A DNA stretch of 64,000 nucleotides from Octopus sinensis (lineage: Eukaryota), in assembly GCF_006345805.1 (NCBI RefSeq), contig NC_043004.1:57784001-57848000 (forward strand), in the 5' to 3' direction. The position numbers were made by a program, and so were the translations under genes. Every line of letters begins with the position of its first letter. Positions within the stretch are counted from its first letter, which is position 1. Below, in pieces: positions 1 through 13,507 of the stretch. The notes below the pieces were generated by a model. It had not been told where the DNA came from. It did no database searches and worked only from the letters and a program-made list of their open reading frames with translations.

Positions 1-928
1 CACACGCGCACGCACACACACACATGTATGTATGTATGTATTATGTATGTATGTATGTACGTATGTATTATGTATGTATGTATGAACGTATTTATGTAGG
101 AGAAGTCATCGTTGTTTATTTTCTATAGAAATATGAATTTCGCAAGGGAACTCTGCAACTCGAAATAGAATTGAATTTTCTACTTCTCTAAATGCATTAA
201 GGTCAGAAGGTGAGATAGCAGTAACTTTGACTTTTTAATACTTCCTTTGCAAGACGTTGCTATAATTTCTCTTGGGATTCCTTAAATGTTATGACCTTTT
301 CAGACTATGCGATATTTTCATTAGGTAATCTTGGAGGGTGCCATTATTTATGATCAATAACCAGAGATTATTGGGTGAAAGCGTGGTCGCTGTAGAATAA
401 TTCATTTGGTAACATGTAATGTCCTGCTTTCTTCTCATTCACAAATTTACTTTTGATATTATATAATAATAAAGAAATGACAATATTTTCAGTTTAAACT
501 GTTACTTTACTTTTACAGCCAACGAGCGTTTGCTCCTAACATGTCATTTATGACAAGAAAAACTAACGTAATATCTCATGACTTAATACTCTAGAGACAT
601 CTTTATAACGAGACATTTTACTTTCATTCTTTGGCATCTCTATTATTATTTTGACTACAAAAGAAAAACTGTCTATTAACTGAATTGATCACTTAATATC
701 ATTTTATATCCCGGAACCTAAACATACACATCAAGATTTCGACCCAGTGAAAAGTTCTTTCTCTTTATGATTTTATAAGCGTCATTTTGAGGCCAACAAT
801 GTTTTCACGCGCACAAATATTCTATCAAAAGAATATTTTCATACACACACTTACACAGAACGTAGCGGCAGACGAAATACCGCTAAGCATTTCGACTGGC
901 GTGCCAACGTTTCTGCTCCATTATATAA

Positions 929-966
<38 letters not shown>

Positions 967-1025
967 TTCGCTTTCGATTGATCTGCAAGATTGTTTATGT
1001 GAATTCGTGTGTTGAAGCATATTCA

Positions 1026-1230
1026 GTTGCGTCTGGGGAGATTCTTTTTCTTTTGGTGCCTTATGATTTAACACACTCACCGATAAAATTTCAATAGTCT
1101 TGGCAATTGTAAAGGTTGCAAGACGCAACGAAAGTTTTAGAAAATAAAAATCAGAGATAAGTGGAAATTTTACCGATGAGTGTGTTAAAGTATAAGGCAC
1201 AAAAGGAAAATGATTCTCCCCAGACACAAC
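1026..1230. mobile_element. Fold-back (MITE-like) element, ~67-bp imperfect inverted arms
   Basis: 1026-1092 (gttgcgtctggggagattc...cgataaaatttc) is the reverse complement of 1164-1230 (gaaattttaccgatgagtg...ccccagacacaac), with a 71-bp spacer. Confidence 0.8.
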
Positions 1231-1232
1231 AC

Positions 1233-1264
<32 letters not shown>

Positions 1265-1296
1265 TATATATTATATATAATATACATATATATATG

Positions 1297-1344
<48 letters not shown>

Positions 1345-1382
1345 TATATACACACAAACACACACACATATATATATATATG

Positions 1383-1652
1383 TAAGAATTTTTTTGCGTA
1401 ATGAGATAAAAAACCCAAGGTAGTGTAGATATTAGAACATCTATAGATAGAAGGTCTTACAGATGTTTCCAGGATATTTATTAATTATATCCCTTCACAT
1501 CTAAACTATGAGTTAATCAACTTCTCACACCGTCTCCATGGAGGGATATAATTAATAAATATCCTGGAAACAACTGTAAGACCTTCTATCTATGAATGTT
1601 TTAATATCTACGCAGCCTTGGTTTTTTTATCTGATTACGCAATAAATTCTTA
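1383..1652. mobile_element. Fold-back element, ~111-bp inverted arms, carrying a degenerate hammerhead-like core
   Basis: 1383-1494 is the reverse complement of 1542-1652. Positions 1532-1582 read gtct-ccatgga-gggatata..tatcctg-gaaac-aact-gta-agac. Confidence 0.85.
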
Positions 1653-1680
1653 TGTACAGACGCTGACATAGAACCGATGT

Positions 1681-1785
1681 TGAACCCCTTATTCGCAAAT
1701 TTACCGAATCTGGAACTTAACTATGGTCTGTCTATAGCACTTATTCAGCATTACCTGACACCTCTGCGTCTCAATGACTCCATTA
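1681..1785 (+). repeat. Dispersed repeat fragment (second copy at 58141-58245)
   Basis: tgaaccccttattcgcaaatttaccgaatctggaacttaactatggtc... aligns by eye with tggaccccttattcgcataatcaccgaacctggaacttaactatggtc... at 58141. Confidence 0.75.
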
Positions 1786-2077
1786 TCTTATATATATATA
1801 TATATACCTATATAGTAGTTTAGATTAATCACAGAATTTAATGGTGGGATTGGCAATTGAAGGGTAGATAAAATGGAGGAGAGAGAATGGGGAAATATTT
1901 TTGATCGTAGGGCAGAAAGGGAATGTGTATGAATAAAGTAAGTTAGGGCGGGGGATTTAAGCATGGCTAGTGGTTGTTTGTAGTCGAGAGGTTTCTGTGG
2001 CTGAAAGGTATAAATTGGTACACACTCGGCAACCCTGGTGGCCTACCGTGGAATATAAAAGAACTTTTTTCTGATCC

Positions 2078-2153
<76 letters not shown>

Positions 2154-3573
2154 TGTGTGTGTGTGTGTTTACATATGCATATGTATATGTATATATATAC
2201 ATATGTATATGTGCAATTTGTATGTTTTGCTTTTATATATTCTCATGCAAATAGTTGGATACCTAGACATGCTCATATATATTTAAATGATAAACTTAGG
2301 AAACAATCTACACGAAAGAATAAATAAATAACGTACGCACATTAAGGGAAAAAAAGAAATATTGATAGGACATTGCCAACAAAACTTCCGCAAAGTGCAA
2401 CCATAATCTTCATACAAGTGTTTTGATAGAGAAAGGTAAAAAAAATACAATTATTAAGATCAGCTTCTCTGTAAATGTGAGCATTTTAATCACAATCACT
2501 GAAATCGAAAATATTTAATTGTATCTGCTTTCAAATTCACAGTTGAATACCTATATGATACATCTAAGTCTGTACCAATAATTATCGGTTCATATGTCTA
2601 AGCAGATGCATGTCTAAGTGGCAAGTTAAAAAGCTGTTATGTTCAAACACACACAAGATCCAATCGACACCCATTTTAACTATGCATTCTTTAACCTTTT
2701 ACTTGCCCTATGTACCACATATGTTACACGGGAAATATTTTCCTGGCGTCTGTGCATATATAATACACGTTCCATTTTTTTCAGCCAATAGAGTAAACTA
2801 GAATTTATGAACGGAAAGCTTAATATCATCAGAACCTATGAAATTGGGCTAACCTTGAAGTATGAAAACAAGCGTAGACGTTTCGTACAGACTTGTGAAA
2901 ATAAGTTGAGCAGGGAAATGGTTACGAGCGCCAGCATGAATATTTAAGACTGTTCTAAGGCTAAACATAATTAACTTCATTGATATTTACCTAAATTCCA
3001 GCGATGGAATTAAGTACCAGCATTACAGTATATAAATTGGTTGCACCTATTCCACTCCTCAAATATTCTTTTGATTCCATAAGGCTTTTACAAACATATT
3101 CCCCTCGTCGATCACAGATCAATAATTTTTTAAGCATAAAATAAATACTACAATATATAACAGGAAATGATTTTCGAACAACGATCAAATTCTGCATGGT
3201 GTTATTGAACGATGGCCATTTCTTCGGAATCTGTCAGTCAGTTAATTTTTCTGTCTGTCTGTCTATAAAAGAAGTACAGTGTTACAGGGAAAATTCACAT
3301 AATAAGAAATCCCCGATAACATAAATGAATTATAAGTGAATATTGCTTGCTACACCATATTCTTATTTAGTACACACTGTAGGTTTTAAGAGTTGATCAC
3401 TGTTGAAATAAGAGGTGAATGAGTTTTCGTTCAACGAACTCTAACGTGATTACCCAGACGGTATGGTAATATTATCTAGTAAAATCTAACCCCTCTACGT
3501 TTTTGAGAATATTCAATAAATGTTTAGTTATTTTCATAAATTAGGTTATTCAATGCATTGATCAAAACGTACG

Positions 3574-3656
<83 letters not shown>

Positions 3657-3875
3657 CAACAATTGAGGGTAAAATTAATTAATTATTAATCAGTTTCACC
3701 AAGTGTTCAGTATGTAAAGGGACCATTATAGGCGAATTCAGTTTAGGCAAACACTATCTGAGAGAGATCTTCTTTAAGTATTAGAAATAGCTGAAGAAAT
3801 TTCTTTAGCTGCTATTTCTAATGAGTTCAGTATGTGGCAAGGTAATTTATTTTACTAAGCCCTTATATATAATGT

Positions 3876-3911
<36 letters not shown>

Positions 3912-3965
3912 CAAAACAGAGAGAGAGAGAGAGAGAGCAGAGAGAGAGAAAGTTAAAATATATAT

Positions 3966-4013
<48 letters not shown>

Positions 4014-4434
4014 GTAATTTACAATAAATTATTTTAAATTTAACCTTTAAGGTATTTTTTGATATGCTGGCTATTGATGGTGCTCTCTACACATTCTGAT
4101 TGAATCCTTCCGTCGATAGGTACCTCCTTACGACAATGTCACCTTTAATCTCATCAAGATATCCTTCTCCCGAAGAGTAGCCAGTGGTTTACACCTCATT
4201 TGGATTTAGCCATTTCTGCGGTTCTACTCGCTATGAAACATATGTAGCCTGGGTTTTTCATATTCCATCCCGTAACTCTTGTACATATATATCAGTGACG
4301 TATGATAGTTGATGTATTGGGTGTGATGCCACACCCAATGCCACCAAATTTCAAGCAGTGGTATAACAAATGTTTTCTATTATGATTTGTGTTTATATTA
4401 ATGAGTAAGGTTGATATATATATACATATATATA

Positions 4435-4472
<38 letters not shown>

Positions 4473-4480
4473 TAATATAT

Positions 4481-4524
<44 letters not shown>

Positions 4525-4526
<2 letters not shown>

Positions 4527-5081
4527 GGGTTGTCCGGAAAGATCGTGCCGATTTATAGTAGCTCACATTTCGACTTATTTTAGAACATGGTCGACTCCAT
4601 AAAATAGGATTTGACTACACCTCCATTTAGAGCACAGTTTAAGCTATCTTTTTCGTGGAAAAAGGTTTATGCACCTATAACCTGTGTTAATTCTGTAACC
4701 CTTTAAAATGGAGGATAAGAAAGTTGATTTTCGGCAATTGTTGCTTTGGGAACCAGCCAAAAATTGCTGCAGCTCGGCTGGAATGTTACCCCACCCTCTA
4801 TATTCACCAGATATTGCTCCTTCGGATTTCCACTTATTCATGTCTCTGCAGAATAGTCTTCATGGTAAAAATTCCTTGGATGACGTAAAAAGATACCTTG
4901 ATGAATTGTTTGCCATGAAACCACTTCAGTTCCGGGAAGAGGGTAGGTAAAATTAAAGGAAAGATGGAGACGCATTGTGCAACAAAATGGTTCATAATTA
5001 CTTCATTAAAAATGTAATGGCAAGTATTCATTGACCCTTTTCTTTCCTTTAAAAATCGGCACGAACTTTCCGGACAACCCA

Positions 5082-5082
<1 letters not shown>
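4525..5082 (+). mobile_element. Internally deleted mariner (Tc1/mariner) transposon
   Basis: ~30-bp TIRs ((a/c)tgggttgtccggaaag(a/t)tcgtgccgattt) flanked by TA at 4523-4524 and 5083-5084. The interior encodes a mariner transposase C-terminus. Confidence 0.93.
4708..5030 (+). pseudogene. Mariner transposase C-terminal remnant
   Basis: ORF 4708-4950 contains LPHPLYSPDIAPSDFHLFMSLQNSL, matching the mariner YSPDLAPSD motif with the third catalytic Asp. A frameshifted KLKERWRRIVQQNG follows. Confidence 0.9.
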
Positions 5083-5118
<36 letters not shown>

Positions 5119-5247
5119 GGTATGTAGAAAAATACAACATGGACAAGAACGTATAACTCATAGAAGACGATACAATAAACATGGACAGGACATTCGAACC
5201 CCTCAGTCTTCAGTCAAGAACCGGATCATCGTAGTAATTTCGGCTGA

Positions 5248-5408
5248 TTGTGTATATATATATATGTATGTATATATATATATGTATGTATGTGTATATA
5301 TATATATGTATGTATATATATATATATGTATGTATATATATATATGTATGTATATATATATATGTATGTATGTGTATATATATATGCATGTATATATATA
5401 TATGTATG

Positions 5409-5441
<33 letters not shown>

Positions 5442-5656
5442 GTATGTATGGTATATATATATGTATGTATATATATATATGTATGTATATATATATGTAT
5501 GTATGTGTATATATATATATATGTATGTATGTATCTATATATATATATATGTGTATATATATATATATATGTATGTATGTATATATATATATGTATGTAT
5601 ATATATATATAATATGTGTGTGTATATATATATATGTATGTATATATATATGTATG

Positions 5657-5688
<32 letters not shown>

Positions 5689-5901
5689 ATATGTATAATA
5701 TATATATATATATGTATGTATATATATATATGTATGTATGTGTTATATATATATGTATGTGATATATATATGTATATATATATATATGTATGTGATATAT
5801 ATATATGTATGTATGTATATATATAATATGTATATAATATATATGTATGTATATATATATATATGTGTGTATATATATATATATGTGTCTGTGTATATAT
5901 A

Positions 5902-5968
<67 letters not shown>

Positions 5969-5970
5969 AT
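5248..5970. repeat. Compound (TA)n/(TATG)n microsatellite
   Basis: Direct reading. It accounts for the Y/I/M/C-rich ORFs at 5248-5977. Confidence 0.97.
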
Positions 5971-8900
5971 TATATAATGTATGTGCAGGGTTTAGAAAGT
6001 TACTCCAGTGAAGGTAAATAGAGTGTGACCATGTGAGTGTGTATGTCTGTTTTAGGTAAAAAGGGACGGACAGACAGAAAAATTAACTGACTGACAGATT
6101 CACAAGAAATGGCCATCGTTCAATAACACCATGCAGAATTTGATCGTTCTTCGAAAATCATTTCCTGTTATATATTGTAGTATTTATTCGATGCTTAAAA
6201 AATTATTGATCTGTGATCGAGGGGAATATGTTTGTTGGAAGTAAAAGCCTTATGGAATCAAAAGAATATTTGAGGAGTGGAATAGGTGCAACCAATTTAT
6301 ATACTGTAATGCTGGTACTTAATGAATTCTAAATAATGGATGGGAAAATGTTCAATGCTAGTAATTGATAGAAAATTCTGAAAGGAGAAAAAGAAACTGA
6401 AATTTAGAGAGAATCTAAACCCAAGGAAAATACAGTTGTGGATTCTACAAATAGAAAGAAAAACTTATTGAGTAATGTAATGGGTACAATAATCAAAGAA
6501 CGCACTGGGGAAAACCATCATTAAGAAGAATCGACTCTCAGATGCATTTCTCAATTGACTCTAATTGTGCCAAGCCAAATAATGTATAAAGTAACGGTGA
6601 AGAAGACTAAACCGAACGCCCCTACTCTGTCAACATCTATAAGAACTGAACAAACACGCGGATACACTCACATACATACATACAAACAAACACACACTCA
6701 CACACACATATGTATACGAAACCTTTGCAAGTAGAGGGGTGACAGTGACCTCGATGTTTCCGATTGTTAGCCCGTGTTCGAGAGTCTAATGACGGTTAAG
6801 AGTTCAAAACTGTGCAGTGACTGTCCCCTCTCTCCTTGTAAAAGTTTATTAAACATGTACTTACCTAAAACGCATTAAGTAATTTTTCAGTTTAATGTTA
6901 ATTTGACATAATAGTAATCGTTAATATATATTGTTGATCTCATAAGAATTTAGACTCTTCGAGGGCAGGTACACAATTTGTTTAGGAACGGTGAAACACG
7001 ACGGTTGTAAGTAATTCCAGCTATAGATTGGTTAACAAAAACCTTTGCATGGGAAACCCTAAGGATATCTTTGAGACACGAATCCACATAATTTGTAAAC
7101 ATTTTATTATGTCATTGGATCAAGGATTTCGTCGAATGTCTCTATCCGTTTTAGATATTCTTACTAGAATTGCAAACTATTGATGTCATACGTGTCTTGA
7201 AACTTCGAAAGTAATTCATTTTGTAATTCATGGATTAATTCATTTTGGGAATGGTGAAATTTGAAGTCGATCAAAATATAGTTTATGTATGTACATATAT
7301 GTATTACAGTGAATCTATCCGCTCCTTGTACTATGTATTTCGCTCAAATAGTTGATTTGGCCAGTTTTAAGCGGGAACATACAAGTATTATAAATACACA
7401 GTAATTTTGCTTCTTTGATTTCCTCTAATTAAAATATAAATGTATGTTGATCAAAGACTATTTTTATTCTTGATCATAAAAATTTTAATGTGTAGCTGTC
7501 AACGTTGCATCTTACAAGCATATGGCAACAGATACATAACACGCATTAACTACATTGATCATTAATAACTTTGTTATCGTCCGATTGAGCCTAGTAAATG
7601 GCTCACACTACTTAAAATATCAACCTAAAATTGAGATTGCCGTAACGTTTTAAATGTCAATAGACAACACGTAATCTTTTTAAGAGATTTAGATTATCAT
7701 ATGACAAATAGTGCTCTACTATGTCTGGAAAAATAAAGTAGATTTTAGACAAATAATCCTTCAGTCTTCGTAGGAAGACTAGAGATAAGATTTGTTTATA
7801 CAAGCATAGTTACATAAATATTATGTCAGTTAAGTGTCCGCTAAGTTTATTATTCTTCTCATGTGTTTTTAGTACGATAAAAGCTTTATTCATTTATTTG
7901 GAGATGTGTATTTTGTTCGTTTTTGAACGGCATAGGTGATTTTAAACAGAAGCCATGTCAAGCCGACTGATTTGATTTTCCATAGAATTCTTGGTTTATC
8001 CTGTGGCTGAAAAATAGTTTAAGTGGGAGGAGATAACGGTCCGATCAGGGCATGGTAACTATCACTTGCTACTGGTTGTATGGAAGCTAAAGAGCGAGCC
8101 TTTATGTGCTAGAAATACAAATCAAATCTCACTGAAATTATGCATTGCATCTTAATAATAAAAAAACGCATTTCACATTGTAATCTAGATACTTCAAATG
8201 AACGGGATAACCCTATGTGGATTGAATTTAATCACAGATTTTCTCAGTTAGGGCTAACCTGGTGACGCACGAACAGAATACGTTAGCCCGTATGATTTAA
8301 GTCCTGTTTCCACTCATCTAAAATTGATTTCAGACAGCCACGAGTAGAAAAGCAAGCATCAACTGACATTTTATCCACGCAAAAACGCAAGATGCAGCAA
8401 TGAATTTGTAGTGGAGAAGTTCGCTTGGTAGTCACATGGTTTCTGGTTCAGTCCCACACCATGCGGGGTGCCTTGTCCGACAGCATGTAACATCAACTGT
8501 AACTACTAGTGACCAAAGTCTTGTGTGAGTGAAATAAGCAAATGATAAACGCTTAATTAACTGTCAGTGGATTGCACTAATATCATGAATATAACTTAAA
8601 AGCAAGTAGTTTTACGACCGCGTCTAGTGATGGAATATAATCGTGGCAACCTTTGTGATCCTCGACAGCAAATTAATTATATTGAATATAATCCTGTAGC
8701 TTTTATGAGAAAATGATACATTATAATATTTATGATATTCTGAACCATTTTAAGTAATAATACATGGTTTTAATAATGGAATGGAATTTGGCTAAAAAGC
8801 TTGATAGTTTTAGAACTTGACAACATTTCAGAATATCCTATTAACTCGTTCTTGCTTTTTTTTCTCCAATTATGCAGAATGATCTATACTGAAGAGCATA

Positions 8901-9676
8901 TAATAGCAGGATTTAGAAGTAAGGATTTCGAGCGTAAGTACCATATAATGTAAAGGGAGGGGGTTATCTGGTCGCTCAATCTATTATCAATAACAATCTG
9001 AAACTTCACCATACTGTCTAGAGAAATATATGAATGTATTGGATAATGTGGTCTAGCTTAGTCTTAAAACGTTAAAATGACTGGATAGTCACGGAATGAA
9101 AGGCGCTGATCATAGATTTCCTTAATCAGAGCTGGTCTAAGACTAAACAACCGCAAAAACTGCAATCGAGAGTAACTGTGATGTTGTGTAGTTGCTAATA
9201 TGCCTCATATCACAACTTAAAAATGGAATGGTTACCTTACACAATCTTAGGTATCCAGTGTCTACAAATCCATGGGATGGTCATGACTGGAATACATTTC
9301 ATTGTAGCACTGCTCACACAATTGTAACTGATTACATACTAAGAATGAATGATAAACATCTTAATGCTCTTGTATTTATACTAAATATATTTACAGAAAT
9401 GTAACCTGCAGGTAATTTTCATTAGAGTTAATGAAAGTTAGAGGTCAAACGTATATAAGATAAAACCAGTAATGTAATAAATTTGCATATATTTCGCAGA
9501 TAATGAGAGAATATACAATAATTTCATTGCGAACACTGGCGATCATTTTGCTGTGTCTAGGGAGAGTCATTAGACCAATATCATTTACACACGCACCGTT
9601 TCAAATTCACTATTTTATCATTAGTCAATCCAACTACATAATCGATTGCTTGTTTAACTTGGTTAAGCATTAAGTC

Positions 9677-10452
9677 TCTTTACTCTTTTACTTGTTTCAG
9701 TCATTTGACTGCGGCCATGCTGAAGCACCGCCTTTAGTCGAGCAAATCGACCCCGGGACTTATTCTTTGTAAGCCCAGTACTTATTCTATTGGTTTCTTT
9801 TGCCAAACCGCTAGGTGACGGGGACGTAAACACACCAGCATCGGTTGTCAAGCAATACTAGGGGGACAAACACAGACACACAAACGTATACACACACACA
9901 CACACTTATATCTCTCTATATATAAACGGCAGTTTGTCTGTGCGTGTTTCTGTGTGTCTGTTTGCTTGTACCCTCACCCTGACCACGGCTTTCAACCGAT
10001 TCTGATGAAACTTGACACACACATAGCCCAATGTCATAATTCAAAACTAACGCAGCGAAAATTTTGAAAAGTTCCCCCAGTTCTGAAAAAAATCGATAAA
10101 TTCGACATGGGGTCGAGAATCAGAAACACAAACCGCAAACTGTCTAGGGGACGCAACTCCACCTTTTTTAACTAAAAAAAAATTTACCATCATTTTTTTC
10201 CATTTTTTTGCTATTTTTTGGCTATAACTCTCTAAAAATGCTTTATAGTTATTTCCCTTACAAACCTGAGCAACGCCGGGCGATACTGCTAGTATACATA
10301 TATACGACGGGCTTCTTTCAGTTTCCGTCTTCCAAATCCACTCACAAGGCATTGGTCGGCCTGGGGCTATAGCAGAAGACACCAAGATGCCACGCAGTAG
10401 GACTGAACCCGGAACCATGTGGCTGGTTAGCAAGCTACTTAACACACAGCCA
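9677..10452 (-). mobile_element. SINE family A (tRNA-derived, CORE-like), interrupted by a Helitron at 9911-10292
   Basis: The 3' half (9677-9910) and the head half (10293-10452) match the other family A copies in reverse orientation. Confidence 0.9.
9911..10292 (+). mobile_element. Non-autonomous Helitron (DINE-1/HINE-like), 382 bp
   Basis: Starts TC(tctctatatataaa) after an A and ends gagcaacgccgggcgatactg-CTAG before a T. It has no TSD, a subterminal GC hairpin and a 5' ctgt-rich tract. Confidence 0.85.
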
Positions 10453-10661
10453 TTTAAAAATTTTGTCGTATATAAGAATATTTTTTGTCTCGTTCATCTT
10501 TACACAAGGTGTAACTGCGGCTGTTTATTTTAAATTTAAAGTGCTCACTTCGAATCCACGTGAATTCTGGTTCAATTCTACAGCGTAGTACCTCGGATTA
10601 CGGATTTCAGCTAAAGCCCCGGGCTGACCGATACCTTCTGTGTGTGAATGTAATTGACGAA

Positions 10662-10736
<75 letters not shown>

Positions 10737-11214
10737 ATGAATGTGTATGTATATATATATATATATATGTGTGTGCGTGTGTGTTTAAGTTTGTGTACAT
10801 GTGTCTTTGTGTTTGTATGTGTAGTTGTGTGTATGTTCGTTCGCATGTGTGTGTATGTATTTCACTGTTTGACAGCCGGTGGAGTTTTTTTTTATATGTG
10901 ACCATACATCAAACTGAGAAATCAAAGAAATCGTTGGAAAAAGCAACCCGCTGAAAATGAAAATAAAACAAACATATCAAGTTAGTGCCCCAGAATGGCC
11001 GGCATTCACTAGCTGTAAATGTAAATGATCATTATTTATAGTTATTGTATTACGCCTCAAGAAAAAGTATATTTATCTCACCAGCACAGAAAGAGAAACA
11101 TCTGTATTATATACAATAACAAACAGGTATCGATCTTGGTCAAACCAAATCTTTACAAAAATTAGCTCCTGTATTATAACCTCTGCACAGAATTACAGCA
11201 GGCGCTTAAGAAAA

Positions 11215-11588
11215 TCTTTATATGAAAGTGAAGTTGTGTGTCTGTCTCCTACGATTTAGATTCCTAACTACACCCACATTTTGCGGTGTAGTGTAACCAA
11301 AAGTGGGTATCTTATAGTCGTGATTCATATCGAGCCCTACGATGAGTCTACGATTTAAAAAAAAAATTACCATAATTTTTTCCCATTTTTAATGCATTTT
11401 TTTTGCTATTATATAAGGGAAGTAACTCTCTAAAAATGTATTATTAAATCTCAGAACGTAAAAAGCTACAGTAACACACCCTCCTTTGTGGTTAGCATAT
11501 TGAGATGGCTATTATACTTTACATCTCTAAAAATGCTTATATAGTTATTTCCCTTACAAACCCGAGCAACGCCGGGCGATACTGCTAG
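11215..11588 (+). mobile_element. Non-autonomous Helitron, 374 bp, with the same 3' end as 9911-10292
   Basis: Starts A|TCtttatatgaaag and ends ...cccgagcaacgccgggcgatactgCTAG|T. The last ~70 bp are nearly identical to the first Helitron while the 5' interior differs. Confidence 0.82.
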
Positions 11589-12225
11589 TGAAATAGAAAT
11601 CCATATTATAACAAGGGAGATTGGCTTATTCACTTCTTTAAAGGACTGCGTATCAACGAGTTTACCGACTGTAAATGAGGTACTTGAATTCTGAATGGCT
11701 AAGAAACGAGTGAATTTAGATAGAAATATTTTTGGGAACCAATGAATGAAATATAAACACGCTATCTCAGCAAGGTCATGCACACTGTTAATGGCCAGAA
11801 ATCAAATTTCATCTTTGTGAAGTTTTAACATTATGTGACAACGTACACGCTAACACATGTATAGAATATTCTTATAAGAACATCCAAGAAAAAAAAAGCA
11901 GTAAAAAAAAAAGCAAAAATCAACAAAAGACAATCTAAAACAACAGTCTATTTAAATATCCGCAATGTTTATCTACTTACAACCATATGTTGACTAGTAT
12001 TATAACACTATGAATGGGGAACTTCATTCCCGGCAGCAGCTTTCAGCTGAGTGGGGAATCTATCGATTCTGCACACGTTTCACGCAACTTTGAAAGACAC
12101 ACAACAGATTTGTACGTCATGGTCATTTTGTGGGGTCATTAATGGTGTCAGTTTGAACTAATTTCTAAACTGATTCTTCTCACCGCACATAATACTAACA
12201 AAATAACTCCAAAACATACAAACAT

Positions 12226-12259
<34 letters not shown>

Positions 12260-12318
12260 ACACACATTCGCAGATATGCCTGTGCACATACATACATTAA
12301 TATATATATATATATATA

Positions 12319-12692
12319 TTTACTCTTTTACTTGTTTCAGTTATTTGACTGCGGCCATGCTGGAGCACCGCCTTTAGTCGAGCAAATCGACCCCGGGACT
12401 TATTCTTTGTAAGCCCATTACTTATTCTATCGGTCTCTTTTGCCGAACCGCTAAGTGACGGGGACGTAAACACACCAGCATCGGTTGTCAAGCAATGCTA
12501 GGGGGACAAACACAGACACACAAACATACACACACACACTTATATATATACATATATACCACAGGCTTCCTTCAGTTTCCGTCTACCAAATCCACTCACA
12601 AGGCATTGGTCGGCCCGGCGCTATAGCAGAAGACACTTGCCCAAGATGCCATGTGGTTGGTTAGCAAGCTACTTACCACACAGCCACTCCTG
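12319..12692 (-). mobile_element. SINE family A
   Basis: Near-full copy in reverse, with a (ttactct) tail and an internal CA/TA tract. Confidence 0.92.
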
Positions 12693-12922
12693 TATATATA
12701 TACGTTTATATATATATATATATATATATGTATATGTGCATATGTATATGGGGGAAGATAGAAAACATGGTCTCTTGATTCATTCAGTCTAAGGAAGCAG
12801 GCAATTAAGGCAGTTACCGTACAAAATAAATACATGTTTTGTGGTGTTTGAATTCATATATCCTTACATTCGCACAGCCATGCTGCAATGCTGTAGTTTT
12901 ATCTGCAATTATATATAAATCC

Positions 12923-12924
<2 letters not shown>

Positions 12925-12972
<48 letters not shown>

Positions 12973-13383
12973 TACACACACATACACACACACATACACA
13001 CACACATACACACACATACACACATATACACACACATACACACACGCACATACACACACATACACAAACACACATACACACACATACACACACACACACA
13101 TACACATACACACATATACACACACATATATACACACATATACACACACACACATACACACACGCACATACACACACATACACAAACACACATACACACA
13201 CATACACACATACACACACATACACACATATACACACACACATATATACACACATACACACACACATACACACACATATACACACACACGCACACACTCA
13301 CACACACACATATATATATATATACACACACATACACACACACATATACACACACATACACACACACACACTCACACACACAC

Positions 13384-13417
<34 letters not shown>

Positions 13418-13471
13418 GCACACACTCACACACTCACACATACACACACACACGCACACACTCACACACAC

Positions 13472-13507
<36 letters not shown>

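Larger units (their letters stand above)
3009..6323. repeat. Long inverted repeat pair (3009-3263 and 6065-6323), ~2.8 kb apart
   Basis: The two ~255-bp segments are reverse complements with few substitutions and two small indels. No TSD is visible. Confidence 0.9.

Noticed and set aside
5190-5230. CTGAAGA on the minus strand as a further hammerhead
   Set aside because: No GAAA and no stem I or II pairing could be drawn.
5248-5977. Y/I/C/V/M-rich ORFs here and at 883-1418, 10560-10954, 34426-35524 and 37427-38240
   Set aside because: All are translations of TA/TG microsatellites.
9663-9851. Recurrent peptides (MTTDAGV..., MRNxYLIYRPRKDERQSRPRRNLNSE..., MFIERKYLK...)
   Set aside because: Chance ORFs within SINE families A, B and C, repeated only because the SINEs are repeated.
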